DNA from: Neodothiora populina
Lineage: Eukaryota
DNA length: 64,000 nucleotides
Assembly: GCF_041146345.1 (NCBI RefSeq)
Contig: NW_027191413.1
Span: 1,240,001-1,304,000 of the forward strand
Direction of reading: 5' to 3'
Positions 10,107-18,956 of this stretch are shown one piece after another (position 1 is the first letter of the stretch; each line of letters opens with the position of its first letter). The notes under the pieces are model-generated. The model saw only the letters and a list, made by a program, of their open reading frames with translations. It was not told the origin of the DNA and made no database searches. The position numbers were made by a program, and so were the translations under genes.

Positions 10107-12359
10107 ATGTCTACCTTGGAACAACACCTGTTGTCGTCTCAAGGTAGCAGCCAATATGAGTGCGACCAGGAACAGATGATTCCGTCATCGCCAATGGGTC
10201 CGCCACCCTCGAGCATCACCAGCAGCAAACCGAAGAAGGCGCCGTCCATCACTCCTCGACGCTTCACACGCTTCTTCACGCCTTCTTCCATTCTCAACAC
10301 CAGGTCCAAATCCACCCGCTCCAGCAGATCCAGCCGCCAGCTACGAGACATGACCAAAAGCGCAAACAACCGAAAGAGCCTCGGGCAGGTGGCTTCTCCT
10401 CTCGTCCTCGATGCCTTTGATGATCTCCCAGATCTGCAATTCCAGACGCCGCGGAAGAAGAGAAAGATTCTGCCCACCCCAGACAGCTCGCCCGTGCAGC
10501 CCGTCTCCTCGCCTTGCCGTCCTGGTGACTACGCTCCGCCCGTGCCCATCCACCACCACCACCACCACCACCACCACCACCATCATGCTGTCGCATACTC
10601 GACCATGGACGAAGAGTCGGAAGGAGAAGAGGACGAGGAGCAGATGGCGCAACCACTCCCGAGACAGATTCGTCGATTACGGCAGAACGGGAGCACTACT
10701 CGCATCCTGCAACGCAGCTTTGGAAGTGGCAGAGCCATAGGCCGAGGCAGACTTCTCGACCACTGCACGCCCTGGCAATCGCAGACTGCAGACTTCTACA
10801 GCAGTCCCGACGACTGTCACAGCTACAGGGGCGCCGCTCTTCCCTTTTGTGTCACTCCCTGCCACTCCAACTCTCTGATCGCCATCGGTGACGAGGAAGG
10901 TGGTATTCGTCTCATCGACTCGGCCGACGCAGGCAATGCCATCTTCGACGACTCGCACATCTCCTTCCGCCCTCACAGCAACGCCATCATGGACATTGCT
11001 TTTTCCTCGGATGATTTCCTCTTTGCAACCGCTTCAGGCGATCAGACGGGTCGAATCATCGATATGCGCACTCAGCAGACTCGATACACCATGCAAGGTC
11101 ACATGTCTTCGGTCAAGCAAGTTCGATTTCAGCCCGACAATGACATGATTGTCGCAACCTCGTCCCGCGACGGCAGTGTCAAGATCTGGGATCTACGATG
11201 CTCCGGCGCCGAGGCACCAGCGGCCGAGTTTTCAGTCGCTTTCGAGCCTGGGAACGATAGTCTCGCCAGACCTGCTCGAGAACAAACCGTGCGCTATGCC
11301 GAACCCATCAACTTTTTCAGAGATGCTCACTCGACCTACACGCCTGCCTCTCTTGTGTCGACTGCATCCTCGCACAAGACACTGTCTAGCCCTCGTGATG
11401 CACTCGCCTCTTCTCGCTCCACCTCGTCCGCCACTCTTCCTCCGCGCCGAGCCGACATCTCCATAACCGCTCTGTCTTTTCTGTCCCCCTCGCGATCACA
11501 TTTGCTTCTGACGGCGAGTGAAGCCAATGCCTCGATCAAGCTATGGGACATCAGAGGCAAACACACTTTCCGCTCCACCAAGGACAGTCACAGGCCCTCA
11601 GTCCCCATTTCCTCGACCACTTCACCTTTATCACACATCCGAAATCGCCACTTCGGAATCAACTCTCTCTCACTCAGCGGAGACGGAAGCAGACTCTACG
11701 CGCTCTGCAGAGACAGCACCGTCTACGCTTACAGCACCAACCATCTCGTGCTCGGTCAGGCACCGGAGTTCACCACCAGCGGCGCAGGCGCCAAAGGGGG
11801 TCGTCCCGCGCCCGAGAAGCAGGGTCTAGGTCCTCTTTACGGATTCAGGCACGATTCCTTCCGTGCGACTTCGTTCTACGTCAAAGCAGCTCTCAGACCC
11901 GCCAGTGGCGACAGAGGGGAGTTGCTGGCGGTGGGCAGCCGAGATTCCTGCGCCGTCGTGTTTCCAACAGACGAGAGATGCCTCGACAGACCATCGACGG
12001 CACCTGCCCCCCAAGGACGCGAAGCAGAAGCAGTCGACGACGAAGACGGAGACTGTCTCCCGACCCTCGCCTCTCTCAAACCAGTGCCACTAGAGAAACA
12101 GCCAACAGACGACACCAACATGCCCATCTACACGACAAACGGCACTCCCTTGATTCGCGGCCACACTTCAGAAGTCACGAGTCTCACATGGACCCATGAC
12201 GGCGACCTGGTCACACTGAGCGATGACTTCGTCGCGAGATGCTGGAGACAAGACGCCCGGAAAGCGCGCGATCTGAGAGTCGGCGGCGAAGTCAATGGTG
12301 TCAGGTGGGGTTGTGGGTGGGCGGATGTGCCGAGGTCTTGGGATGAGGATGATGGATGA
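10107..12359 (+). CDS. cdt2: WD40 protein, Cdt2/DTL substrate receptor of the CRL4 ubiquitin ligase
   Basis: 750-aa ORF with WD repeats typical of Cdt2: IGDEEGGIRLIDS, HSNAIMDIAFSSDD, ATASGDQT, HMSSVKQVRFQP, SSRDGSVKIWDLR (WDxR), SFYVK, GHTSEVTSLTW. The N-terminus is Ser/Pro-rich. Confidence 0.85.
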   Translation: MSTLEQHLLSSQGSSQYECDQEQMIPSSPMGPPPSSITSSKPKKAPSITPRRFTRFFTPSSILNTRSKSTRSSRSSRQLRDMTKSANNRKSLGQVASPLVLDAFDDLPDLQFQTPRKKRKILPTPDSSPVQPVSSPCRPGDYAPPVPIHHHHHHHHHHHHAVAYSTMDEESEGEEDEEQMAQPLPRQIRRLRQNGSTTRILQRSFGSGRAIGRGRLLDHCTPWQSQTADFYSSPDDCHSYRGAALPFCVTPCHSNSLIAIGDEEGGIRLIDSADAGNAIFDDSHISFRPHSNAIMDIAFSSDDFLFATASGDQTGRIIDMRTQQTRYTMQGHMSSVKQVRFQPDNDMIVATSSRDGSVKIWDLRCSGAEAPAAEFSVAFEPGNDSLARPAREQTVRYAEPINFFRDAHSTYTPASLVSTASSHKTLSSPRDALASSRSTSSATLPPRRADISITALSFLSPSRSHLLLTASEANASIKLWDIRGKHTFRSTKDSHRPSVPISSTTSPLSHIRNRHFGINSLSLSGDGSRLYALCRDSTVYAYSTNHLVLGQAPEFTTSGAGAKGGRPAPEKQGLGPLYGFRHDSFRATSFYVKAALRPASGDRGELLAVGSRDSCAVVFPTDERCLDRPSTAPAPQGREAEAVDDEDGDCLPTLASLKPVPLEKQPTDDTNMPIYTTNGTPLIRGHTSEVTSLTWTHDGDLVTLSDDFVARCWRQDARKARDLRVGGEVNGVRWGCGWADVPRSWDEDDG
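10551..10586 (+). repeat. (CAC)10(CAT)2 coding microsatellite, 12-His tract in Cdt2
   Basis: Read directly from the sequence. Confidence 0.95.
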
Positions 12360-13077
12360 TGGATGATGGAAGATGGAAGATAGTCTTGAATGACACAATC
12401 CTAGCAAATGCAGGAATTGGGTTCTTTGTATAACGTATGTGTATTGGATAGAAGAACACGAAAAGCATATGCGGGATTCGAACTGGATATCAGATATGAG
12501 TAATTGGGCAAGGAAAGGAGAAAATCAAACAAAAGAAAAGAAAAGGAGTCAACGTAGTATTAGATACCCTCCACCCAACGCCATGTAGGCAGTCGCATCG
12601 CATCAGCTAGCTAGTTAGTAATCAAATAACCAAAATGCCACCCTTCTTGCTCCTATTCTCGGAAATACCAACAAAGTGAAGCCAGATCACGTAACTCAAA
12701 TGGATTCCAGACCAGGAGAAAGAACCAATGACGCAGCATCAGACTCCCCTCCCCCTTAAGCAACACAGTATGTATACGTGATCAACATCCGACTCAAGCG
12801 AACAATCACCTGCGTACCCTGAATGGATATACAACCAGCAAGGACTAGGAGAAGGATAGAGATATCGACATGCAGGTAGACAGATACACGGACAGAGAAA
12901 TATATGTAGAGGGAGAGACTTAAGATAGACAGACACAGACAGAGACGTGGAAGTGGGCACAAGAGTAATTCAAGATCTCATAGTTTCGATTTGTTTTACA
13001 TTTTCCAGATCAAAAGACAGCTAATCTGAATGTTGTTCTTAACTGTAGTATTTGTTGTTGTAGTAGTAGTCTTTGCT

Positions 13078-13110
<33 letters not shown>
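13078..13110. repeat. (GTT)n microsatellite in the 3' region of the Cys-rich gene
   Basis: About 10 perfect GTT units, flanked by GTA and GGT variants. Confidence 0.9.
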
Positions 13111-13112
<2 letters not shown>

Positions 13113-13268
13113 GTTGGTGGTGATGACAAAAAGAAAAAATATATACATCATAAAAGTGTTGTAATAATATAAGGGGGTTGATAGAAATAGGAAAAGAAGA
13201 AAAATCACAACGCTATATGCACAACTACCTCCTCCATCTCTTTCTCGTACTTTTCGCTCTTAGATCAC

Positions 13269-16200
13269 TTAAAGAGCGAAAGCCATGACAGCAACGACAC
13301 CAGCGAACAGAGCGCTGCCCTTCAGAGAAGTGGCGGCACCAGCGTACTGGGAAGGCGTGGCCGAAGGACCAGCGGTCGAGGCCGACGAAGGGATCACGAT
13401 GCCGGAAGCGGCACGAGTGCCGGAAGCAGCGATGACCTTGTTGGCGCCAACAACGGAGCCGTTGTTAGGAAGGTAAGGAGCAGGAGACCAGACGGGTGCG
13501 ACTGGGGCTCCCGAAGCGGAGGTGGGGTGGCGAGCAGCGGTGGGGGACCACTGAGCTACTGGGGCAGTGCCGACAGGGGAGGAAGCGGCCGGGGACCACT
13601 GAGCTACTGGTGCAGTGCCGGCAGGGGAGGAAGCAGCAGTGGGTGCAGACCAGACAGGAGCGGTAGAGTTGCCGTACCAGGCAGGGCCTTGGCTGGACGA
13701 AGACAGAGTCTTGGTCTCGGTGGCGGTGACGGGGCAGACAGTGGTGTATGAAGTCACGTCTGAGGTCACGTAGACGGTGGTCTCACCAGCAGAGTTGGTG
13801 GTGGAGACGGTGTGGCTGACAGTCGAGGTGACAGTGGAGGTGGTGAACTGGGTAGCGGTGACGGTCTTCTTGCTGGTGGCGGTAGTGGTCATGACGCTAG
13901 GGGTAGCGAGGACAGTGGTGGAACCGCTGACAGTAAGAGTTTGGCCGACAGGGCAAGTGGTGACGGTGGTGTAGACAACGTCAGTCACGTAGACAGTCGA
14001 CTCGACATCGGCAGGCTTGCTGCTGACCTTGACGGCGGCAGCAGGGGCGGAAGTGCTAGGGGCAGCAGTGACGGAGACAGTGGCCCAGACGGTCTTCTGG
14101 GTGCTGATGGTGGAGGTGATGACACTGGGGGTAGCGAGAACGGTGGTGGAACCGCTGACGGTGATGGTCTGACCAACGGGGCAAGTAGTGACGGTGGTGT
14201 AAACGACGTCAGTCACGTAGACGGTGGTGTCAGCGCCGGCAGGGTTGGTAGCCTTGGCAGGAGAGACCTCAGAAGAGCTAGGAGCGACAACGGAGATGGT
14301 GGCAGTGACAGTCTTCTGGGTGTGGATAGTGGTGGTGATAACACTGGGAGTGGCAAGGACAGTGGTGGATCCAGCAGTGGTCAGAGTGTAACCGACAGGG
14401 CAGGTGGTGACGGTGGTGACAACGACATCAGTGACCCAGACAGTGGTAGGCTTAGCGACAACGCCGGTAGCACCGGTACCCCAGGCCTGAGCAGAGGAAC
14501 CGTTGTTGAAGGCGAAAGGAGCGTTAGAGCCAGCAGCCGAGGGCATGATGGAAGCGCTGGCGGAAGCAACAGCAGGGGCAGTGGCGTTGGCAAGGGTACC
14601 GTTGGTAAGGCCGGTACTGACAGCGGTCAGAGAGGTGACAGTGGAGGAACCGTTGAGAGCAGCGGTGGTGCTGAAGATGGGCTTGCTGACGGGAGCGAGG
14701 CACATCTTGTAGAGGCCGAGGCACTGAGGACCAAGAGTCTTGTCACCGGAGGTCAGGCAAGTAGAGTAGATGGTGGAGCAGTCGTTGGTGCAGATGGCGT
14801 TCTTGGACTGGCAGACGTTGTCGGCGTCAGTGCAGGACTCAAGCTTGGTCTCGCAGTCGGTACCGGCACCGAAGAGGGTGGTGTTGAAGGCGACGAGGCA
14901 GCTGTCGTACTGGCTCAAGCACTGGGGAGCCTTGGTCTTGTCACCGCTGGTGTTGCAGTTGTCGTAGATGAGAGAGCAGTCGTTCTTGCACATGGCGTTC
15001 TGGGCAGCACACTCGGCATCAGTGGCACCGCTCAAGGTGCACTTGCGGTAGCTGGTGACACAGTCAGGGGTGGCGGGGGTGCCGAAAGCGGTGGTGAGAG
15101 AGTCGAGGCACATGTCGTACTGGCCGAGACAAGCAGACTGCTGGGTCAGGTCACCGCTGGTGTTGCAAGTGTCGTAGATGGTAGAGCACTGGTCCTTGCA
15201 AGAGGCGTTCTCGGTAGCGCACTCGGCGTCGGTGGCGTTGGTGGCCTTGCAGTCGGTGTACTTGGTGACACAATCAACGACGACGGTGGTGGCAGCCTTG
15301 AAGTCATCGTAGCAGAGGTTGTACTGGTTCATGCAGAGGGTCTTGTTCTCGAAGCCGCTGGTGTTGCAGGTGTCATAGGCAGTTGAGCACTCATCCTTGC
15401 AGGAAGCGTTCTCGGTGTTGCACTCGGCGGTGGTCTTACCGCTGAGAACGCACTTGTTGAACTTGGAAACACAGTCGGTACCGGTGGTAGCGGGGGTGAA
15501 GGCATCAAGGCAGAGTCCGTACTGAGAGCGGCACTTGACAGGGTCGAGGGCACCGCTGGTGTTGCAGGTATCGTAGTTGGTGGAGCACTCGTCCTTGCAC
15601 TGAGCGTTCATGGTGTTGCAGACAGAGGTGGAGTTGACCTCACGGCAGTTGTTGTACTTGGTCACACAGTCGGCGCCAGCAGCCTGGGGCTGGAAAGCAT
15701 CGAGGCAGGTTCCGTACTGAGCCTGGCACTCAGCCTTGGTGTAGAAACCGCTGGTGTTGCAGGTGTCAAGGTTAGTGGAGCACTCGTCCTTGCATTGAGC
15801 GTTGGCAGTGCTGCACTGGTTGTCGGAATCTCCGTCGGCACCGCTGACGGTGGCACGGCAGGTGTCGTACTTGGAAACACAGTCGGAACCAGTGGGGATC
15901 TCAGTGAACGAGTTCAAGCACTTGCCGTACTTGGACTGGCACTCAGCCTTGGTGTAGTAGCCGCTGGTGTTGCAAGTCTCGTAGTTAGTGGAGCACTCAT
16001 CCTTGCACTGAGCGTTGGCGGTGCTGCACTGGGCGTCGGAATCTCCGTTGAAGCCAGTGACATCCTTGCGGCAAGTGTCGTACTTGGCAACGCAGTCAGA
16101 TCCAGCGGGAACAGGGGCAGAAGAGTCTAAGCATTGTCCGTATTGCTTGAGGCATTGAGCAGAGTCCAACACGCCGCTGGTGTTGCAAATGTCGTAGATG

Positions 16201-16559
16201 GTGGAGCACTCGTCCTTGCATGAGGCGTTCTCAGCCTGGCAAGCGTTGTCTGAGTCTCCGTTGAAGCCAGTGACGTCCTTGCGGCAAGTGTTGTACTTGG
16301 AGACACAGTCGGTACCGGCAGCGAAGGCTGGGAAGGTGTTCAGGCAAGCACCGTAGTTTGACTTGCAAGTAGCCTCATCAGTACCATTCTTGTAGCAGGC
16401 ATCGAGGTCGACAGAGCAAGAGTTCTTGCAAGAAGCGGTTTGAGCATTGCAGTCAGCGGTGGTGCCGTTGACACGGCAAGCGTTGTAGCTGGAGGTGCAA
16501 TCGGTAGCAGCCGTTGCAACAGCTGCCAGACCCAAAAGGGCCGTAACGGTGAACTTCAT
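13269..16559 (-). CDS. Secreted, probably GPI-anchored cell-surface protein: nine 8-Cys repeats plus a Thr/Ser-rich stalk (about 1096 aa)
   Basis: ATG at 16559 starts a signal peptide (MKFTVTALLGLAAVATAA). Nine tandem Cys modules follow, then Thr-rich TTCP repeats and a hydrophobic C-terminus (QYAGAATSLKGSALFAGVVAVMAFAL) typical of a GPI signal. Strong C-ending codon bias. Confidence 0.9.
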   Translation of the reverse strand: MKFTVTALLGLAAVATAATDCTSSYNACRVNGTTADCNAQTASCKNSCSVDLDACYKNGTDEATCKSNYGACLNTFPAFAAGTDCVSKYNTCRKDVTGFNGDSDNACQAENASCKDECSTIYDICNTSGVLDSAQCLKQYGQCLDSSAPVPAGSDCVAKYDTCRKDVTGFNGDSDAQCSTANAQCKDECSTNYETCNTSGYYTKAECQSKYGKCLNSFTEIPTGSDCVSKYDTCRATVSGADGDSDNQCSTANAQCKDECSTNLDTCNTSGFYTKAECQAQYGTCLDAFQPQAAGADCVTKYNNCREVNSTSVCNTMNAQCKDECSTNYDTCNTSGALDPVKCRSQYGLCLDAFTPATTGTDCVSKFNKCVLSGKTTAECNTENASCKDECSTAYDTCNTSGFENKTLCMNQYNLCYDDFKAATTVVVDCVTKYTDCKATNATDAECATENASCKDQCSTIYDTCNTSGDLTQQSACLGQYDMCLDSLTTAFGTPATPDCVTSYRKCTLSGATDAECAAQNAMCKNDCSLIYDNCNTSGDKTKAPQCLSQYDSCLVAFNTTLFGAGTDCETKLESCTDADNVCQSKNAICTNDCSTIYSTCLTSGDKTLGPQCLGLYKMCLAPVSKPIFSTTAALNGSSTVTSLTAVSTGLTNGTLANATAPAVASASASIMPSAAGSNAPFAFNNGSSAQAWGTGATGVVAKPTTVWVTDVVVTTVTTCPVGYTLTTAGSTTVLATPSVITTTIHTQKTVTATISVVAPSSSEVSPAKATNPAGADTTVYVTDVVYTTVTTCPVGQTITVSGSTTVLATPSVITSTISTQKTVWATVSVTAAPSTSAPAAAVKVSSKPADVESTVYVTDVVYTTVTTCPVGQTLTVSGSTTVLATPSVMTTTATSKKTVTATQFTTSTVTSTVSHTVSTTNSAGETTVYVTSDVTSYTTVCPVTATETKTLSSSSQGPAWYGNSTAPVWSAPTAASSPAGTAPVAQWSPAASSPVGTAPVAQWSPTAARHPTSASGAPVAPVWSPAPYLPNNGSVVGANKVIAASGTRAASGIVIPSSASTAGPSATPSQYAGAATSLKGSALFAGVVAVMAFAL

Positions 16560-17760
16560 AACTGCGTTTTCGGCTAACAAATCTGAGACAGTTGAAACGG
16601 GATCGTTATATAGACGTCTTCTGTAAGCGATTGAAGTGAAGGACAATGCCTTCTAGTTATTAATACTGTAAAAGTAAACGAAAGTGGGCAAAGGAAACGA
16701 CCGTGGAAAGATGGAAGTAAAGTAGTAAAAGGAAAAATCGATTATGAAGGAAACAAGTTGAGAGCAGGACCACCTTACCTGGCTGGGACTGAGGTTATAG
16801 TGGCCATAGAAACGAGACGCCGCCTGCAGGTCCCAGCCCTTCACGGGACGCTAAAGGATAGCCCCAATTTCGATGGATGAGAAAATAGAAGCGCTCGAAC
16901 CCATATGTGATGCCTGCCCGAGACGTGATTCGCGAAGATGGCTGATTAGTGGGTCTCCGGCTCGTCTTCCCACTCGTATGATCCTCATTGACCTTACACG
17001 ATACTACATTCGGGATCCTGCCAAGTTGCTATACGAACTCTAGAGTGGAACTAAACAATCTCGCGAGTAAGGATAGGATGACGGTCCCGAGGTGGTCACA
17101 GGCAGCGGAGATGAAGGTTTTTCCCAGCTCCACCATATCTCAACCCTAGATATGCTTAGCGCTGCAGCCACGCTGCCGCAAATCTCTGTTCCTGACGATC
17201 CTGGGGTGCTTGCAGTGCTGTCAGTTGGGCACCCATCTTGCAACCGGCACGGTGCGTTGAAGGGAAACGGCACACGGCATAGCATCGAGAACACAATGTA
17301 TTTTGGATATTCTCTAAGCCACACTGTAACATGGTCAAGATGGCACGAGCGTGTATCTATCCCAGGCAATTGTATTTTCAAAATATCCATCTTAAGGCCG
17401 CTATACGAAGCAAGCAAGCAAACGACATGCTTCAAGGCGTTTTTCAGGTTCCTCCCGCTCCTTCCTTGCAGTTCTTTTCACTTTTCTTTTACCCGAATCG
17501 AGACAAGCTTGTCCTAATTACGCGCTTTTTCAAAGATCGAGAGACGCCACAGGACTCCACAGTCAGGCCTTGGCTACCTCCCAGCCATCTCGCGTTGCAA
17601 AAGAATATATCATGTCTGTCGCGTGTAGAAAGAGTGTTTACCAGAGGCCATTGTGGAGGAAGATGATCACCATGCGCTCTCTGTCTTTTGCGCACTTGTC
17701 TCCACACTGCGCCATTGTCATCGTCCACCATCTCCACCATTACGGATCTGGTGTTATTTC

Positions 17761-18956
17761 CTACTTGTCAGCATCCTGCTGGCGAATGGGCTTCTTTTCC
17801 CCACCGCGTGACAATTTCAGAAGTTGCTTGACTCGTTCAGAGCTGGCAAAATCAGTAGTTGGGGCCATCCTGAGTAAGTCTTTGAATTCTCGGCTGATGT
17901 TTTCAATTGCACAGTGCAGCTCCTGATTTTCCTGGACTACTTTGTATAATTCACCGTGAGTTGTCCAGAGCAATCGGGCCATAGTACAGAATTCGTTCTC
18001 ATCAGCAGTGAATGGCTGTTTGTTCTTGCTACCATCACCCAAGTATCTTTTGACATAAGCTGCAACTTCAGACTTTGCAGCCTTCTCCAACATCGTCACG
18101 CCGTTTTCTTCAACGGTGCTGGGACCGTTTTCGGGGCGCGTTGCAACGGACAGAGTTGTAGCGGTCTCGTTGTTGACCGGTGAGCCGTTTCTCAACGCTG
18201 TGCTTGTCTGTGTGCTAGTGGGAGCTTGGATATTTTTATCCTTCTTTTTGTCCACGGCCGGTGCCGCCGCTTCCGCCTCGATGGCAGTATCTGTGGCAGC
18301 AGCAGTGGCACCGAGGGCATCATGCTTAATGACGACTTTGCATGCGGAGTCGTTGACAACGGCCGTGGATGGATCGTGTTCGCTAGACGATGGAGATGGC
18401 AGATCTGGCGAAGAGGTCCTCCTAGACGAACTTGGTGTCAGTTCCTAGCCACTCGGCGACGGCGGATGATGCTATTTTCGGCGGTGAATGTTACGAGGTG
18501 GGTATAGTGAGAGGGTAAGGTGAGGTGGGTTCTGAATCGCTTACATGACACACTGAGCCTTCTTGACGTTGGCAGCAACACAATTGTCGCACCTGAACTT
18601 GAATGGGCTCCTCTTGTTCGGGATGCAAATAGAACCTATCTGGGCGCATCGTCTTTGGCGCACAAGGTGTTTTTAGCCAGCCTTCGTATCTGCAAGAACA
18701 GTAAGTCTTATTCGGATTGTTCGACTTACTCGCACGTGAGGTTATTGTCCTCGTCTTCCTTTGCCTCTGCATCCGATTCGTCTTCATGCTTGGTCTTGTG
18801 GAACCTCTTGTTATTCTTGTCGACTAGAGCATTGACGGCGACAAGCGAGCGTTTGGCATACTCGTGTTCGCTTTTGCTTTCCGTGGTCCTCTTCCTCTTG
18901 AAAGACTCGGTGGCTGGTGGTGGTGATGGGGTTGGACTCGAGGCGTCATCTTGCAT
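17761..18956 (-). CDS. Putative Zn(II)2Cys6-like domain protein (3 exons; start uncertain)
   Basis: Predicted exons 18956-18730, 18652-18545 and 18421-17761, with introns GTAAGT..GCTAA..AAG and GTAAGC..ACTGAC..TAG. Phases join correctly and give CERCAQIGSICIPNKRSPFKFRCDNCVAANVKKAQC (C-x2-C-x6-C-x11-C-x2-C-x9-C). The first-exon frame is open to at least 19088. Confidence 0.6.

Noticed and set aside
12465..12500. GGGATTCGAAC, resembling a reverse tRNA B-box
   Set aside because: No cloverleaf or A-box can be built around it.
13812..15386. 524-aa Gly/Ser/Asp-rich ORF antisense to the Cys-rich gene
   Set aside because: Shadow ORF produced by the biased Thr/Ser/Val codon usage of the minus-strand gene. 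It starts at GTG and has no independent motif.
16560..16646. N-terminal 29-aa extension of the 1125-aa ORF
   Set aside because: It starts at TTG. The signal peptide begins at ATG 16559, so this is most likely 5' UTR.
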